Positions 39,706-54,099 of a DNA stretch of 64,000 bases are shown piece after piece. Position numbers and translations under genes: made by a program. Position 1 is the first letter of the stretch, and each line of letters starts with the position of its first letter. Source of the stretch: Malacoraja senta (lineage: Eukaryota); contig CM075987.1 in NCBI GenBank assembly GCA_038087875.1, forward strand, positions 21,144,001-21,208,000, written 5' to 3'. Under the pieces are notes generated by a model. It had not been told where the DNA came from, ran no database searches, and was given only the letters and a program-made list of their open reading frames with translations.

Positions 39706-40635
39706 GCAAGAGTTTTGGGACTACAAATGTGAGCAAAACTTTTTGTTTTTAGGGTGTTGTTGTTTTTGCACAAACAGAACATATTTTCATGCGAAAACAA
39801 GTTTTGACAATTCACCCGACCGCCATGATAGAAGAAATCTTTTGCAATCTCCATCACAGAGTGCTGTAAATGCTAAGTCCTTGAGTATATTACAAAAACT
39901 AGGCTGATAGATGTTTAGACTTTGAAGTCATGTATGAATACAGTGTTCAGTCAACCTGGGTCTCCATGACTGACTAGTCATGCCCCTAAATGTATTAAGG
40001 GGGGGGGGGGGGGGGGGGGGGGGGGGGTGTATAGTCTACTTTTATTGCTAATGAAAGGCTTGCAGCAAAAATAAAACAAGGTTGAAATCACCATATTTAT
40101 GTAAAATTTACCCAGTCCCATCACAGCAATCCTTTCAAACAAAATTGGGTACCATGTTGCATTGGGGAATATGGCAATAAGCTTGTTCAAAGTGTAGATC
40201 TCAAGCTGTCTCTTGCAGGAGCAGAGAAAGGCGGAGAGATTGAAGGAGGGAATTCCAGCTCGCTGTAAAATCGCCTGAAAGCACGATTGCTGATAGTGGC
40301 GTGATGAAAAGATGTCAGAACTGGGATTCAATGTTGTTCAAATTATTTTTCATGCCAAGCCTGAAAGCTTACGCTACTGTCACTCTTTTCCATGATTCCA
40401 TTTTCATTTGCTATTGGCACAAAGTTCAGCAATCTGTCAAATTGATGCTAAATAATTTGAGGAATGACATTTTGACCAACTGTGAGGAAAAATAATTAAG
40501 ATTCTCTCATCGGAGGCTTGCACAGTAAAGCTTCCTGTCGAGTGATTCATTAAATTCCCCTAGCCCACATTTAACTTGCACATCTACAAGTAAAAAGGAG
40601 CAATTTAAAGAACTCTAAAGAACTTTAAACATCTT

Positions 40636-42272
40636 CATGATGTTTGGGACAAAGACCCATCATTTATTTATTTGCCACTGTACTCCACAATTTGAGATTT
40701 GTAATAGAAAAAAATCACATGTGGTTAAAGTGCACATTGTCAGATTTTAATAAAGGCCATTTTTACACATTTTAGTTTCACCATGTAGAAATTACAGCAG
40801 AGTTTATACATAGTCCCCCCCATTTCAGGGCACCATAATGTTTGGCAATGTCATGTAAATGAATGTAGTCATGTTTAGTATTTTGTTGCATATCCTTTGC
40901 ATGCAATGACTGCTTGAAGTCTGTGATTCATGGACATCACCAGTTGCTGGGTGTCTTCTCTGGTGATGCTCTGCCAGGCCTGTATTGTAGCCATCTTTAG
41001 CTTATGCTTGTTTTGGGGGCTAGTACCCTTCAGTTTTCTCTTCAGCATATAAAAGGCATGCTCAATTGGGTTCAGATCGGGTGATTGACTTGGCCACTCA
41101 AGAATTGGCCATTTTTTAGCTTTGAAAAATTCCTTTGTTGCTTTAGCAGTATGTTTGGGATCACTGTCTTGCTGTAGAATGAACCGCCGGCCAATGAGAT
41201 TTGAGGCATTTGTTTGAACTTGAGCAGATGGGATGTGTCTATACTCTTCAGAATTCATTATGCTACTACCATCAGCAGTTGTAGCATCAATGAAGATAAG
41301 TGAGCCAGTACCTTCGGTAGCCATACATGCCCAGGCCATAACACCCCAACAACTGTGTTTCACAGATGAGGTGGTATGCTTTGGATCTTGGGCTGTTCCT
41401 TCTCTCCTCCATACTTTGCTCTTGCCATCACTCTGATGTAAGTTAATCTTTGTCTCATCTGTGCGCAAGACCTTTTTCCAGAACTGTAGTTGCTCTTTTA
41501 AGTGTTTCTTAGCAAACTGTAACCTGGCCATCCTATTTTTGCAGCTAACCAGTGGTTTGCATCTTGCAATGTAGCCTCTGTATTTCTGTTTATGAAGTCT
41601 TCTACAGACAGTGGTCATTGACAAATCCACACCTGACTCCTGAAGAGTGTTTCTAATCTGCCGGACAGGTGTTTGGTGTTTTTACTTTGTTATAGAGAGA
41701 ATTCTTCTGTCATCAGTGGAGGTCTTCCTTGGCCTGCCAGCAGTCCCTTTGCAATTAGTAAGCTCACCAGTGCTCTATTTCTTCTTAATGATGTTCCAAA
41801 CAGTTGATTTTGGTAAGCCTAATGTTTGGCTGATGTCTCTAACAGTTTTATTCTTGTTTCAGTCTCATAATGGCTTCTTTAATTTTCATTGGCACAACTT
41901 TGGTCCTCATGTTGATAAACAGCAATAAAAGTTTCCAAAGGTGATGTAAAGTCTGGAGGAAAGACTAGGTGCTGAGAGCTCTCTTATACCTGCATTAAGG
42001 AGGCAATGAAACACACGTGAGCAATTCAAACGCCTGTGAAGCCATGTGTCCCAAACATTATGGTGCCCTGAAATGGGAGGAGACTATGTATAAACACAGC
42101 TGTAATCTCCACATTGTGAAACCAAAATGTATAAAAATGGCCTTTAATAAAATCTGACACGGTGCACTTTAACCACATGTGATTTATTTTCTATTACATA
42201 TCTCCAATTGTGGAGTACAGAGGCAAATAAATAAACGATGGGTCTTTGTCCCAAACATTATGGAGGGCACTG
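40636..42272 (-). mobile_element. Second copy of the same Tc1 transposon; DD34E catalytic domain open, left tip missing
   Basis: ORF 40875..41630 has TDETK, QQDSDPKH and SPDLNPIE with 34 residues between D and E. The right TIR ends CACTG|TA; the left TIR lacks its terminal ~12 nt. Confidence 0.95.
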
Positions 42273-44489
42273 TACCTACAATAGAAATGTCTGCGGGACA
42301 TTAGAGCACGTTGCTGGCCTGACTGTTCCATTAGCTTGCAGTCTTGTTGCTGTTCAGAGTCCCTTGAGAAAACTGAATTGAAGGCTAGTTCATAAATTGT
42401 TGCTTTGGTTTAATACCAATGAATTCACTTACTTTTTATTTAATCCCTGAATTTGTTTCGCGTGTTTAAAAAAAAATTTAAAAAAAGATTTAGTGTCAAA
42501 GACAGCAGGGACCAGTTTGAGGCATCCAGCTACTGGGCTCCAACCTGAACAAAGTTCAGTGTCACAGTGGCAAAAGAGAATCTCACTTGGATCAGTTGTC
42601 ATGTGTGGAACAGCAAAGTATAAATCTTACAGAACAGAACAATGAATGATAAGAATTGTGCGAAGGAAAGAGTAAAACTTGTTTACTGGGGGATACTTGT
42701 TTACAAATCCTATTTTTCCAACTTTAAATCTTTGTGATGGATGCCTAAAATTAAGCCTTTAATAGGGAATAGATTTTTTTAATTGAAATTTTGAATTGGA
42801 ATGGTTTTACTGTATTTGCAGGTCACGTCTAATTCTAATTGGTTGCAAAGTGAAGGACAAATTCTACTGGTCAACAATACCTTATTCCTCAACACTTCTA
42901 GTAAGATAGTTTATTGTTCATTCCATCCAGTATTCTGAGGTTTACTCTCGAAAGTACTGAGTTTTGGCCTAACTTTTTAAACATTGTCTAGTAATTATTT
43001 GAATTAGAGTTGATTATTGTCAAACAGAAAAAGCTGGAGCTGTGCATTAGAACAGGTAGTATCTCTCGTGAGACAAATAGAATGAATATTTTAGTCAAAT
43101 GTGCCTTTCTTGTTTGGTCTGCATTGGTCTGTGTTCCCAGAAGAATGAGAGTGATAATTTAAACTCTTATCGGCTTCATCCACTGGATTGGTTAAACAAA
43201 TGATGTTGTCTCTTGCTTGTACTTAAAAAGACAATGGAGGCCATTTAGCCCATCATGCCCGCCCCAACTCCCAATGTTGAATCCCATTAGTTTCATTCGC
43301 TCACTCCATTACTCTTGCAATTTATTCTCCTCCATTTATGCCCATTAAATGCCCATTTTTGATTCTTTAATATTAATCTACGAAAAGGAATAATTTGTAG
43401 TAATCAACTAACCTACCAACATGACACTACTGCATCACTGCCATCCATGGACCCATATCCAGTCCTGACGTTTGGTGGTGTGCTGTGTTTGTACATTCTT
43501 AATGTTTGTACACCACAAGTTTTGTCCATGTGCTCTAGTCTCTCATCCCAAAGGCTTTCTGGTTGATTAGTTGGCAGCTGACATTACCTTGTACACAATG
43601 GTCCTGTTGTGGTGTCGCCAAGGCCTTATAGAATTGAGAGAAAAAAAATATTACTTGAGTCAAATCCACAGGCACGAAAGGCCAATGCATTATTTGCCTT
43701 CCTAATTGCCAACTGCACCTGCATATTGGCTTTCGGTGTAATGGACAGAAAAAGTCTGGGAAACAATAGTTTTTTCTAAATTTAAAATTTAAAGCCTACA
43801 TGTTTGCTATTTTACTGATGTGGATCTCTTTTTTTACACAGATTGTATTCCACCTGCCATATTTTTGTCCACTTACTTAACTTGTCCATACCCGATTGAA
43901 ACAAGTTTATATCCTATCATTCTCGCTCAGCAAATGCGGAAATGTTTCATTTTATATCTTCTTTGATGTAGAAAGAAACTGGGGTGTGATTATTGTGCAT
44001 ATAAGGACATGATTGTTGGTCTTTTGACAAAAATCAGTGAGCCCACTGGAATAGTCTGATAAGCCATTTTCATGCTTGTAATGGCGTCATAGTTTGTATA
44101 TTACACAGACATTGCTATATACCCCCAGACTGCTTGTGCCTGAACTGCCATTTTAAGAATAAATGCTGATGCACCATAGCAAATGTCAGCTGCCTTTGGT
44201 TTCTCCTTGTTTACTTTTACAGAATTAATTTTAGGAGATTCAAGCTAAGGTTTAACTAAATAGTTCCTCGGTAAGAAAACTAATTTTTAAAACATGAGAT
44301 TTATTGTGTGCATAGTATATAATGTGTAATTTTATTTATGTTGCACGATAATATCATTACATCCTGTAATCACATGGCTTAATTACATAACTATATACAT
44401 CTTCACTAAAATCAGAGTATGGCCCGACTCTTGGAATCTACTGCATCCCTGAGTGTACATGTAGGTTTAATACATATTTTCAGAGATGT

Positions 44490-45012
44490 TGTAGCGGGGA
44501 TTCGCAGGAGTCCAGCCAAAAACTAATCGGACACGAGCTGTGTGCACTAGACGAGTTTATTCTCTCCAATACAGCTCCTTACTCCCTCAAGGTCACGGGC
44601 GTTGCCCGGCCTTAAATACCAACTCGGGTAACGACCCTGTGACTAGCGCCTCCCACACCATGACGCCGCCCTCTAGAGCCGATGGTTCGTTGTGCCCTTG
44701 GATTGCCACCAGGTGCCGCGACATGACCCCCCCCCCCCCAGAACCAGAGGCACCAAACCGGACGGGACGCCGAACGAGGCAGCCCGAACACATAGATACA
44801 ATCCCACGCCCCAGGGGCTTGCTCGGATCGTAAGAATCTCCGGGAGCCCGGGACGGCGGATGCCCACGATGGGCAATACGCTGACCTCCGCCCCGGTGTC
44901 CACCAAGAATCTGAGCCCCGTGCGCATGCAGGCATACAGTCGATGGATCCTGCCGGCCACCGCGGAAACGAACATGGCTGCTGAACCCCAGCGCTGGTGG
45001 TAAAAACACCAC
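44490..45012 (-). mobile_element. Internally deleted Gypsy LTR retrotransposon remnant with one LTR (44490-44723)
   Basis: Aspartic protease motif FLVDTGAEVSVLP and gag-like WCFYHQRWG in ORF 44673..45107. A poly-G PPT (44727-44739) abuts a TGT...ACA-bounded 234-bp LTR with TATA-like and AATAAA signals on the - strand. Confidence 0.85.
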
Positions 45013-45489
45013 ATCCTTCTCCTTGGATCTCCTGGGTCCTGCTCAGCCATCCTCTTCTCCTGTGCCACTTGTCTGACTCTAGCAGCTATGAATTGTAAAA
45101 AGAACAAATGAACAACTGTAAGCCACTTGGCTCCAAAGACCTCTTCTTGCTTGATCAGATATCCCTCAATACCTATAAATGCAAAAACGTGTCAATTCCA
45201 GTTTTAATGTTACAATTGGCCCAACATTAATTACTTGCAGGGAAGAATGTTCCAGACTTCTGTCTTTCATTTTTCCTAACAGTACATAAAACACTTCTTG
45301 CATGTTTTGCAGCCATAAAGAAGTTATTTTCCTTTATACATATTTATATTGTAGCTGATGTTGGGTTCCTTAGGTGCTAAAATATATTTTATTCCTTGTG
45401 TTTTAATTTAAATTTTCAAGAGCAATTAACTCAGACAGAATCTTATCTCCGTTCCAGAATGATTTCCGACAACTAACGCATACTGGAAA

Positions 45490-47190
45490 GAGGCTGGAGT
45501 AAAAATGCAACTACTGGAAAAACTCAGTGGGTCAAGCAGCATCGATGGAGGCAAGGGCATAGTTGATCTTTTGGGTTGAGACGTTGCATCCAGACTGGGT
45601 GTACAGAAAAGAAGGCCAGCATAAGATGTGAGAGAGAGGGATGCGACAGAGTCTGGTGGATGATAGATGAAACCAGATGATGGGCTGTTGGAGCCAGTTG
45701 GGAGAAGGAGTAGAGGAGCGCTGAGACAGCGAGTAGTAGGTTAAAAGTGGAAACACAAGAAATAAAATTTGTCAGATGGAGCCAGGGATGGGTAAGGGTA
45801 GAGACAGCGGTTAAATCATAAGATAGGGATGGATGATGGGTACATGGAACCAGGTGGGAAACAGAACAGGAAAAGTGAATAAAGGGAGAAAAAACCCAAG
45901 GTAGCTGGGTATGTGGTTGATGGCCAGATGGAAGATGTAGCATGTAGTGGTGGAATCCCAGAGAACTGTTGGAAGTGGTGAAGGATGATATTCTGGATAC
46001 AGAGGCTAACAGGGAGAAATGTGAGAACCAGAGGAGCTCTGTCTCTATTCTTACCCAGAGGAGAGGAGGATGGGGGAATGAGAGCGGATGTGTGGGAAAT
46101 GGAGGAAATTCACGCGAAAGAACCAACTGCAGTGAGCAGGCCATATTTTCTGGAGGATGTAATTTCAGAAATCGTAGTAGCGTAGACAGAGAAACTGAGG
46201 ATAAGGGATGACATCTTTGCTGTAAATCTACAGGCTCCCACAGCTACCTCAACAGCACCTTCGCCCACCCTATCTCCAGAAGTAATCCCTTCTATTGTGG
46301 CTCCATCTCTACTGCATCTTTTCTCAAGATGGGGATTTCCGTTCTACGACTTCTTGCATGACCTCCTTCAGAAATTGTGGCTTCTCCTCAGCCATAGTTG
46401 ATGGAGCCCTCGCATGCACTTCCTCCATTTCCCACTCGTCTGCTATCACCTCTTGCCCCAATCCTCAAACTGAATAGAAATCGAGTTCCCCGGCCACGAG
46501 CTTTTACCCCATTAACCTCCATGCATAGCCTATCATCCTTCAACACTTCCACCAGCTCCAATAGGACCCTGCCACCAGCCACATCTTCTGTTCTGCCCCA
46601 TTTCTGCTTTCCGCAGGGGGCAGTCTATCCATAACTTCCTGGTCTGTTCATACTTTCCCTTCCCATTTCCATCCTTTGATATTTTCCCCTGCAAAGAAAG
46701 GATGTGTAACATTTGCCACTGCAACGCCACCTTCCCTCTCCAGAGAAGACCTAAACTGCACTTCAATGGGGTGTAGCAAGATAATTCACGTGCACCTTTC
46801 CCATATTAGTCTGTTGTATTTGGTGCTCATGGATGCAGTGGCTTCTATGTTGACATGACCAAGCATAGTCGGGGTCATCATTCTGCAAAACACCTAGCTT
46901 CTGTCTGCAACAGTCATCTCAAGTTTTCTATCACTTCTTTACCCTCCCTATTCCCACATTGACCAGTCTGTTCTGTGCCATCTTAACTGCCACGACGAGG
47001 CCAGGCGCAAAGTGGGATAACATCTCATATTTCACTCGGGTAACCTGCACCCAATGGTTTAAATGTTTAATTTTCCAATTTAAGGTTACCCACTCCCCAT
47101 GTTCCTTTCCCATTCCCACTTGTCCACCCAGCGTATGTGTCTCTGCTCACCTTTTCCATTCCTTCCCAGCATCTGCAGTCTCTTGTGTCT
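45490..47190. mobile_element. Old divergently arranged Penelope-like remnants
   Basis: Left part resembles the PLE end in minus orientation; 46220-47190 resembles decayed RT-end/GIY-YIG sequence plus the terminus in plus orientation. Confidence 0.65.
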
Positions 47191-47504
47191 CTATTGTATA
47201 GAGGTTATTCCATCATAAACCACACTGACCATGAATTCAAATAAATGAACTGTCTTGATTATGTTGGCAAGCTGTTGGTCAGATCAACACACTGCCAGCT
47301 AGGATCCAGCCTTTGTGAGCTCTGTGGCCTTGTGTAACCCGACATCTGGAAAGTGATTTTTGCTCGGTTCAGTCTCAAAACATTGCGGCATTATCAGTAG
47401 TTCCAATATTGACCATCTTTTTATTTCAATGGAAAATCCAAAGGTCTGAAATGATGTGTGTAGCTTAATTTCTCAACATTGAAGCAAAAATCGAGTGCAT
47501 TTAC

Positions 47505-48544
47505 TTGCAATGTTACAACATTTTGAGATTTTAAACATAAAGTCTGCAATTTATCCCATCAGATAAAGCATAAAAAGAAGTTTAATTTGACACCTAATTC
47601 ACTTTCATATCTTTAGTATTAAAGAAGTTATGGCCATTTTCATTCTCGGAAATTAGCATCTTGTTCCCTATTGCTTTTCCATTGACTTAACACAAAAGCT
47701 GTGATCGAGGACAGTCAAAAGCCCATAACTTTCTTAAAAATTAAGATAACTGAAAGAAATTTTCAGTTATTATAGATTGAAGCATTCTGAAACAAATATG
47801 AAACAATCTTGCTTAGAAGACATGAAAGTAAAGCATATAATGAGTTAGTTACCTAATTGTAGCTAATTACAAAATTCAATTACTAGATCTAAACATCTAT
47901 CAATTTCTTAAGAATAGATTAACATTTTTAAATAGCCTAAGTGTCCAAATAACATTCACACAATAATTCACAATATAACATAATTTTTAAATCTCATTTT
48001 CATGAATTTACAGGCCAAATGGAAGGAATTGAATGTTTAATACCTGTAAATTAATGGGCATTTAAATCATCTTGCGAGTGAGGATTTCTGGAACGCGATC
48101 TTTTGGAACGTTCATTTGCGGTGAATTTAACCCCGTATCGGCATGAAAAATACTGCCGTTAGTTCGGGGAATAAAATCACCGTGTCGCATGAAAAAATGT
48201 GAATTAAAGGCTTCTTAAGAAGCACTTTTATACATTTAAATAAACCACTTTCGTTTACCTGTCCCGTGTGTGAAATCCGTCCCCGTTATCGGCGTTGACG
48301 CTTCAGGAGCTGCTTTTAAAATTACTCTAGCGCTGACATTGACGATTTAATAAAAATTAAAAATACACAAAACGCCACTAGGAACGATTCTTCAGCCAAG
48401 GCTTGTACTCCAACAAAATATTAACCAGGACAAGGGAGGAGAAACCCGCGTTTTAACCCCGCCCCCCTTAAAGGCGCCGAAATCGCGCACACGGCCAGTG
48501 GCAGAATTACAGCGCGACTGAAGGTAAGTTTTGTAACATACCTA
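47505..48544. mobile_element. Unclassified ~1-kb insertion with imperfect terminal inverted repeats
   Basis: Ends TTGCAATGTTACAA...TTGTAACATACCTA; CATTTAC direct repeat at 47498-47504 and 48545-48551; right part is CpG-rich relative to the flanks. Confidence 0.55.
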
Positions 48545-49144
48545 CATTTACCCGACAATGACAGTCAGACCTTCAGTGTAAAACTGAGAACTACTTTTAG
48601 TCCTGTAGGGTGTTCCTGTATAAACATGCCACAAGTCTGTGGCTTTTCACTGTTTTATCTGTTTGAGAGACTAGAACTGGTTTCCCTCAGTTGTGATTTG
48701 TGATAACCTAAGGTGCCAGTGAATAGTTTTAGTTCCTGCTGCAGGATTGCTTGTCTAGTTGTTACTTGTATATCTTAAAGCTCTTGGTTAGTTCTGGAAT
48801 CCTGCCTTTTACATGGAGGGAGTGAGAGGGGTGATTGAATTCTGATTGCCCAATTACAAACTCAGTGTAGTGGTACATGCGGCCATCTCTCGCGTTACAG
48901 GTGGGGTGGCGTTCCTAGAAAATGGGCTGTATAGCAATTTTCCACAATACAAAGCCATGTCATCTGCGGGCATGCATCAAGAAACGCGGGTTGAAGAAAA
49001 TTAATTTTGTTCATTTTTATTTATATTTTTACCTCATAAATACTGAGTGACTGTTATTCTGTGCCTAATTTGTGGGCAGTGATGTGTGAATTCTGTGTGA
49101 GCAAATATCTGTAACCAAATAGTCATAACATGGGGGTTGCCTGT

Positions 49145-49445
49145 ACTGCTGATAGTGCAGCAGCCTCACAACTCCAGCAACCCTGGTTGGATTTTGACTT
49201 CCGATGCACCCGCATGGAATTTGCACATTCGTCCTGTGATCATGTGTTTCCTCCCACATCCCAAAGACATACTGGTTGTTAAGTGAATTTGCTGTGTGAT
49301 TTATTCTTTGTGTAGGTGGGTGGTGGAGCACATAACCATATGTGAGAGAATAGGTTACAGGAAAATAATTGGGGGAATAAGATTGACAGCATTGTTTTGA
49401 CAACTGGTGTGGACTTTAATAGGTGGGTAGGCCTCCTATATCATA
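49145..49445 (+). mobile_element. Degenerate V-SINE
   Basis: TGGAATTTGCACATT...TTTCCTCCCACATCCCAAAGAC core shared with the 22388-22680 copy. Confidence 0.65.
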
Positions 49446-51184
49446 AGAAAATATGAATATTATGCTTAATCCTTTGGAGCTTAGCTACCATTGTAATGTA
49501 GGAATACAGACTGGATAGATCTAGGGAAGATTGAGTGTTACAAAAATAGTATACTGGCTAATAAATCAGGAAATTGGGAGAAACATTTATCCAGTTTGCA
49601 GTGCAGGTAAACCACCTGACATGGGAGTGTTTAAGAGGAATCTAGATAAAGACAAGGCAAAAACAATTAGAAAAATATGCTGTTTGGGTGATTTAAGATG
49701 CAGTGGGAGGAGATATATGTGCCCTATGATTTCTAGTCTAAGAAACCTACCATTTTAAAAGGAAGCCTGAATATCTAGGGTAGTCAGAAATGTGAAGATA
49801 TAAAGGCCTGTTTATGCCAGTGACTCACTGGGAATAAATTAACATCCAATACAGAATAATTTACTGCACGACAGATGATAACATTGCTCTCACTGAGCAC
49901 CAGTGCTATCAAATTACATTACAGCAAAATAAGCTATTTTCTTTTTGAAAAAACGGATTTTGCACTTTGATATAAATATTATAAAGACCCATGCCACAGG
50001 TCTGATATCTGTTCCAACAAATACAGTCAACTAACGGTAACATTTTTTGATGAATGGAATGTTGAATTTGAAGGGCTTTGTTCTAAAATGCCATCATGGC
50101 TGTTGCAAGGTGCTCAACTCTCACAAGTGCATTTAACATTGATTCTTAAGCAAGTGATCCGAAGCAAAAGTTTGCTACAGATTTTGGTTTCTTCTACCCT
50201 GGCTTGAATATGAAGCTTAATTTATTTAGCACATGGAAAGAAACCCAGAGGATAAATTTAGTTTTGAATTCCAAATTACTGCTGAACTATAATTATTTCC
50301 TTGCACATAACATTATACATTAAGCTTTGAAACAAACTGGTCTGGATGTAATGAATCCCATATTCAAAGACTTCCATTCCACCTCCCTTATTCTTTCAAA
50401 ATAACGCAGAATATTTTTTTCTAGTATTTACCAAAAAAATTACAGTAATGGGTTTCAAAATTAGCTTAATTAATCAGTTTCACAGCTACTAGAAATGCAG
50501 TTATTATTTTTTTTTTAACTATTTCCGTTCAAGATTGCATGGCATTGATCATCCACAGGAAGCCGTGTCAAAATGTTGCTGGAGACTTTTTGGATTATTG
50601 GATAAAAGTAATGTCCAGCTGCTTTGGGTATTTCCAGATCTCAACCTGTACAGTGGAAAATGTAATGCCGCTTTTGGGGGAAAAAGTGAAATGTTTGAGC
50701 TAAGTCCAAATACATTATTCATGAATTACTAGCACTTTGCATGAAATTTAGCACAGAAACATGTCAGAAAGCCCAAATAGTTTAGACCAGAAATTATGGT
50801 GTTCGTCTCTTGATTTTTGAGCAGCCAGAGCTGCTGTTATATAGTAACCTTAATGAGGTATTGTGGAGTCTTATCCAACAAAAAAATGACTGCTAATTAT
50901 GTGGGAGATATTAGAATAGGAGACCAGAAGGCTGGTCAAAGAGGGAAGTTTTTAAGCAACAACAACAATGATGGAACGAGAGTTTTGATGAAGGGATTAG
51001 AGTGCTTTGGCCCTAAATAGTAAAAGACACGGTGACCAATGTGGAGCAAATCAAATCTGGGATAGGCCAAAGCTGGATTTTAAAGAATGCAGTTTGTAAG
51101 GGGGTTGGACGCTGAAGAAGGTTTTGGAGAAAGGTAGAGGAGACTGCATGGAAGAGGTGACAATCAGGGTTACCATTTCGCCTA

Positions 51185-52895
51185 TAAGGAGGTAGCTCGT
51201 ATGTCGGCGTAGCATCACTTCCTGACGAGCTCAATGCGTTTTACGCACGCTTTGATAGGGAGAACACTGATGTGCCTTCTCGACCCCCATTCGCTGTGAT
51301 GGTATTTCAGTCACAGTTACAGAAGCCGGCGTCAGAAAATCCTTCAGAAGGGTGAACCCTCGAAAAGCGCCTGGACCTGATGGTATACCCGGTCGTGTTC
51401 TAAAAACCTGCGCGGACCAACTGGCTGGAGTTTTTACGGACATTTTCAACCTCTCACTTCTGAGGTCTGAGGTTCCCACCTGCTTTAAAAGGACATCAAT
51501 AATACCGGTGCCCAAGAAGAGCAAGGTGACGTGCCTCAATGACTATCGACCAGTGGCACTAACGTCGGTGGTGATGAAGTGCTTCGAGAGGTTGATCATG
51601 GCGCAAATCAACTCCTACCGGCTCGACAAAAACCTGGACCCACTGCAGTTCGCTTACCGCCACAATAGATTAACGGTGGATGCGATCTCGCTGGCTCTCC
51701 ACTCCTCTCTGGAACACTTAGATAACAAAAACTCATGTGTCAGGCTGTTATTCATTGATTACAGCTCGGCATTTAATACAATCATCCCTTCCAAGCTGGT
51801 TACCAAACTCGCAGAACTGGGTCTCTGCGCATCTCTCTGCAATTGGATCCTCGACTTCCTCATTCACAGACCACAGACTGTTCGAATTGGTGGAAAGGTG
51901 TCAGCATCGATAACAATCAGCACGTGGAGCACCTCAAGGCTGCATGCTCAGCCCCCTGCTGTACTCACTCTATACTCATGACTGCGTAGCTGGTCATAGT
52001 GCGAACTCCATCATCAAGTTCGCTGACGACACCACTGTTGTGGGACGTATCATTGATGGGGACGAGTCAGAGTATAGAAGAGAGATCGACCGACTGACCA
52101 AATGGTGCCAGCACAATAATCTGACCCTCAACACCAGCAAAACCAAGGGACTGATTGTGGACTTTGAAAGAGGTAGGATGGGGACCCACAGTCCCGTTTA
52201 TATCAATGGGTCGATGGTGGAAAGGGTCAAGAGCCTCAAATTCCTGGGCGTGCACATCTCTGAAGATCTCTCCTGGTCCGAGAACACTGATGCAATCATA
52301 AAGTAAGCACATCAGCACCTCTATTTCCTGAGAAGATTACGGAGAGTCGGTATGTCAAGGAGGACTCTCTCTAACATCTACAGGTGCACAGTAGAGAGCA
52401 TGCTGACCGGCTGCATCGTGGCTTGGTTCGGCAACCTGAGCGCCCAGGAGCGGAAAAGACTACAAAAAGTAGTAAACACTGCCCAGTCCATCATCGGCGA
52501 GGGGATCTATCGCAGTTGCTGCCTCAAAAAGGCTGGCAGCATCATCAAGGACCCACACCATCCTGGCCACACACTCATCTCCCCGCTACCTTCAGGTAGA
52601 TGGTACAGGAGCCTGAAGACTGCAACATCCAGGTTCAGAAACAGCTACTTCCCCACAGCCATCAGGCTATTGAACTCAACTCAAACAAAACTCTGAACAT
52701 TAATAGCCCATTATCTGTTTATTTGCACTTTATCTGTTTTATTTATTCATGTGTGAATATATTTATACAATGGTATATGGACACGCTGATCTTTTCCGTA
52801 TTCATGCCTTCTATAATTCTGTTGTGCTGAAGCAAAGCAAGAATTTCATTGTCCTATCTGGGACACATGACAATAAACTCTCTTGAATCTTGAAT
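51185..52895 (+). mobile_element. 5'-truncated Rex1/Babar-type LINE, frameshifted
   Basis: ORFs 51352-51981, 51944-52306 and 52352-52696 ([23 protein letters not shown]); AATAAA followed by (TCTTGAA)n tail. Confidence 0.92.
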
Positions 52896-54099
52896 CATGA
52901 AGATTTCAAGTATGGGATGCCACAGGAGTGGAGTTTGATGAACCATGGTACATCCAGTGTACTGATAAGAAAAAATATGGGTGTCAGGATGTAATTTTGC
53001 TTTTTGTGAGCATAAATATTGCAATCATTAATCGGTTGGATGAAAGGCGGATAGTTAAATTTTGTCATGCATTTTAAATTTTGAAGCTGTTCTGCCATGA
53101 TTGAGATGGGAAGCAAACTTTGAAATGGGAAGTTGCAGGACAAATCCTAAATGTTATATATTTTGAAGATATGTTACAGCCACTCAGAACGATATAAAAC
53201 CATATGACATATAATGTAAATGAAAATCTGAGGAGGGCACAAGGCCCCTTGAGTTGACTCTACACCTAATAATATTGTTTGGTTGATATTTTGTCTCATT
53301 TCCTCTTTTGTACACAAAATTCCTTCTTTAATATACATGTTTAAAAATCTCTGATTGTACAAAGTGGTGTTGAATAATGGTTTCCATACTTAAGTGGGCT
53401 GCAAGCAGAGAATGAATAAAATTCTGCTTATCTTTTTGTTAATCTCAGGCTGCTACAGTGCAGTGCGCTGATTGACCCAAGGGCCACAGGTTGAGAGCAA
53501 TTGTGGAATTAAGTTATGATTGCTCAATTTGTCAAGATTCATTAGTGGTTAAGTATTGTGAGATGTGTGCAAATTGGATGTCACAAAATGTTTTGAAAAT
53601 GTGCCAGATGACTAGTTTTCCTTGTGTTGCTTCGATATAAAATATGACAATTGCAAGACCATTTTTAATGCAATTTTTTAAGTTTGTAAAGGTACATGAG
53701 ACGATTGAACAATGATATCTGCCAACTTCCACAAGTCTGCCTGCAATAATGTTTAATAAAATAGAGATATTAAAATTGTATTATCATTGCTGATAGTGGT
53801 TTAGTGAAAAGCATTTTCACGTGTGAGACTTAATTAATTCACTAGGTTTACACTCAAGGCCAATAGTGAGGGAATGCTGCACCATTGGAGACATCATTTT
53901 TTTTGGATGACATTTAATCAGAGACTCTGTTCGCTCTCAGTAATGGACCTCACTGCACTGGTTTGCAGCAGTGTAGAGGAGTTGTTCATGATGTTTTGGC
54001 CATAAATACCCTTTAATCAATTTTATTGAATGACCAGATTAAAAAATCTCATAGCTGTTAACAGAAGCTGATAACTAAGCAATATTGGATGTAATGATG

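Noticed and set aside
39675..40027. Two long poly-G runs (possible G-quadruplex)
   Set aside because: Simple homopolymers of uncertain length with no evidence of function.
45524..46144. 206-aa minus-strand ORF
   Set aside because: Lies in decayed Penelope-like sequence; low complexity with no intact domain.
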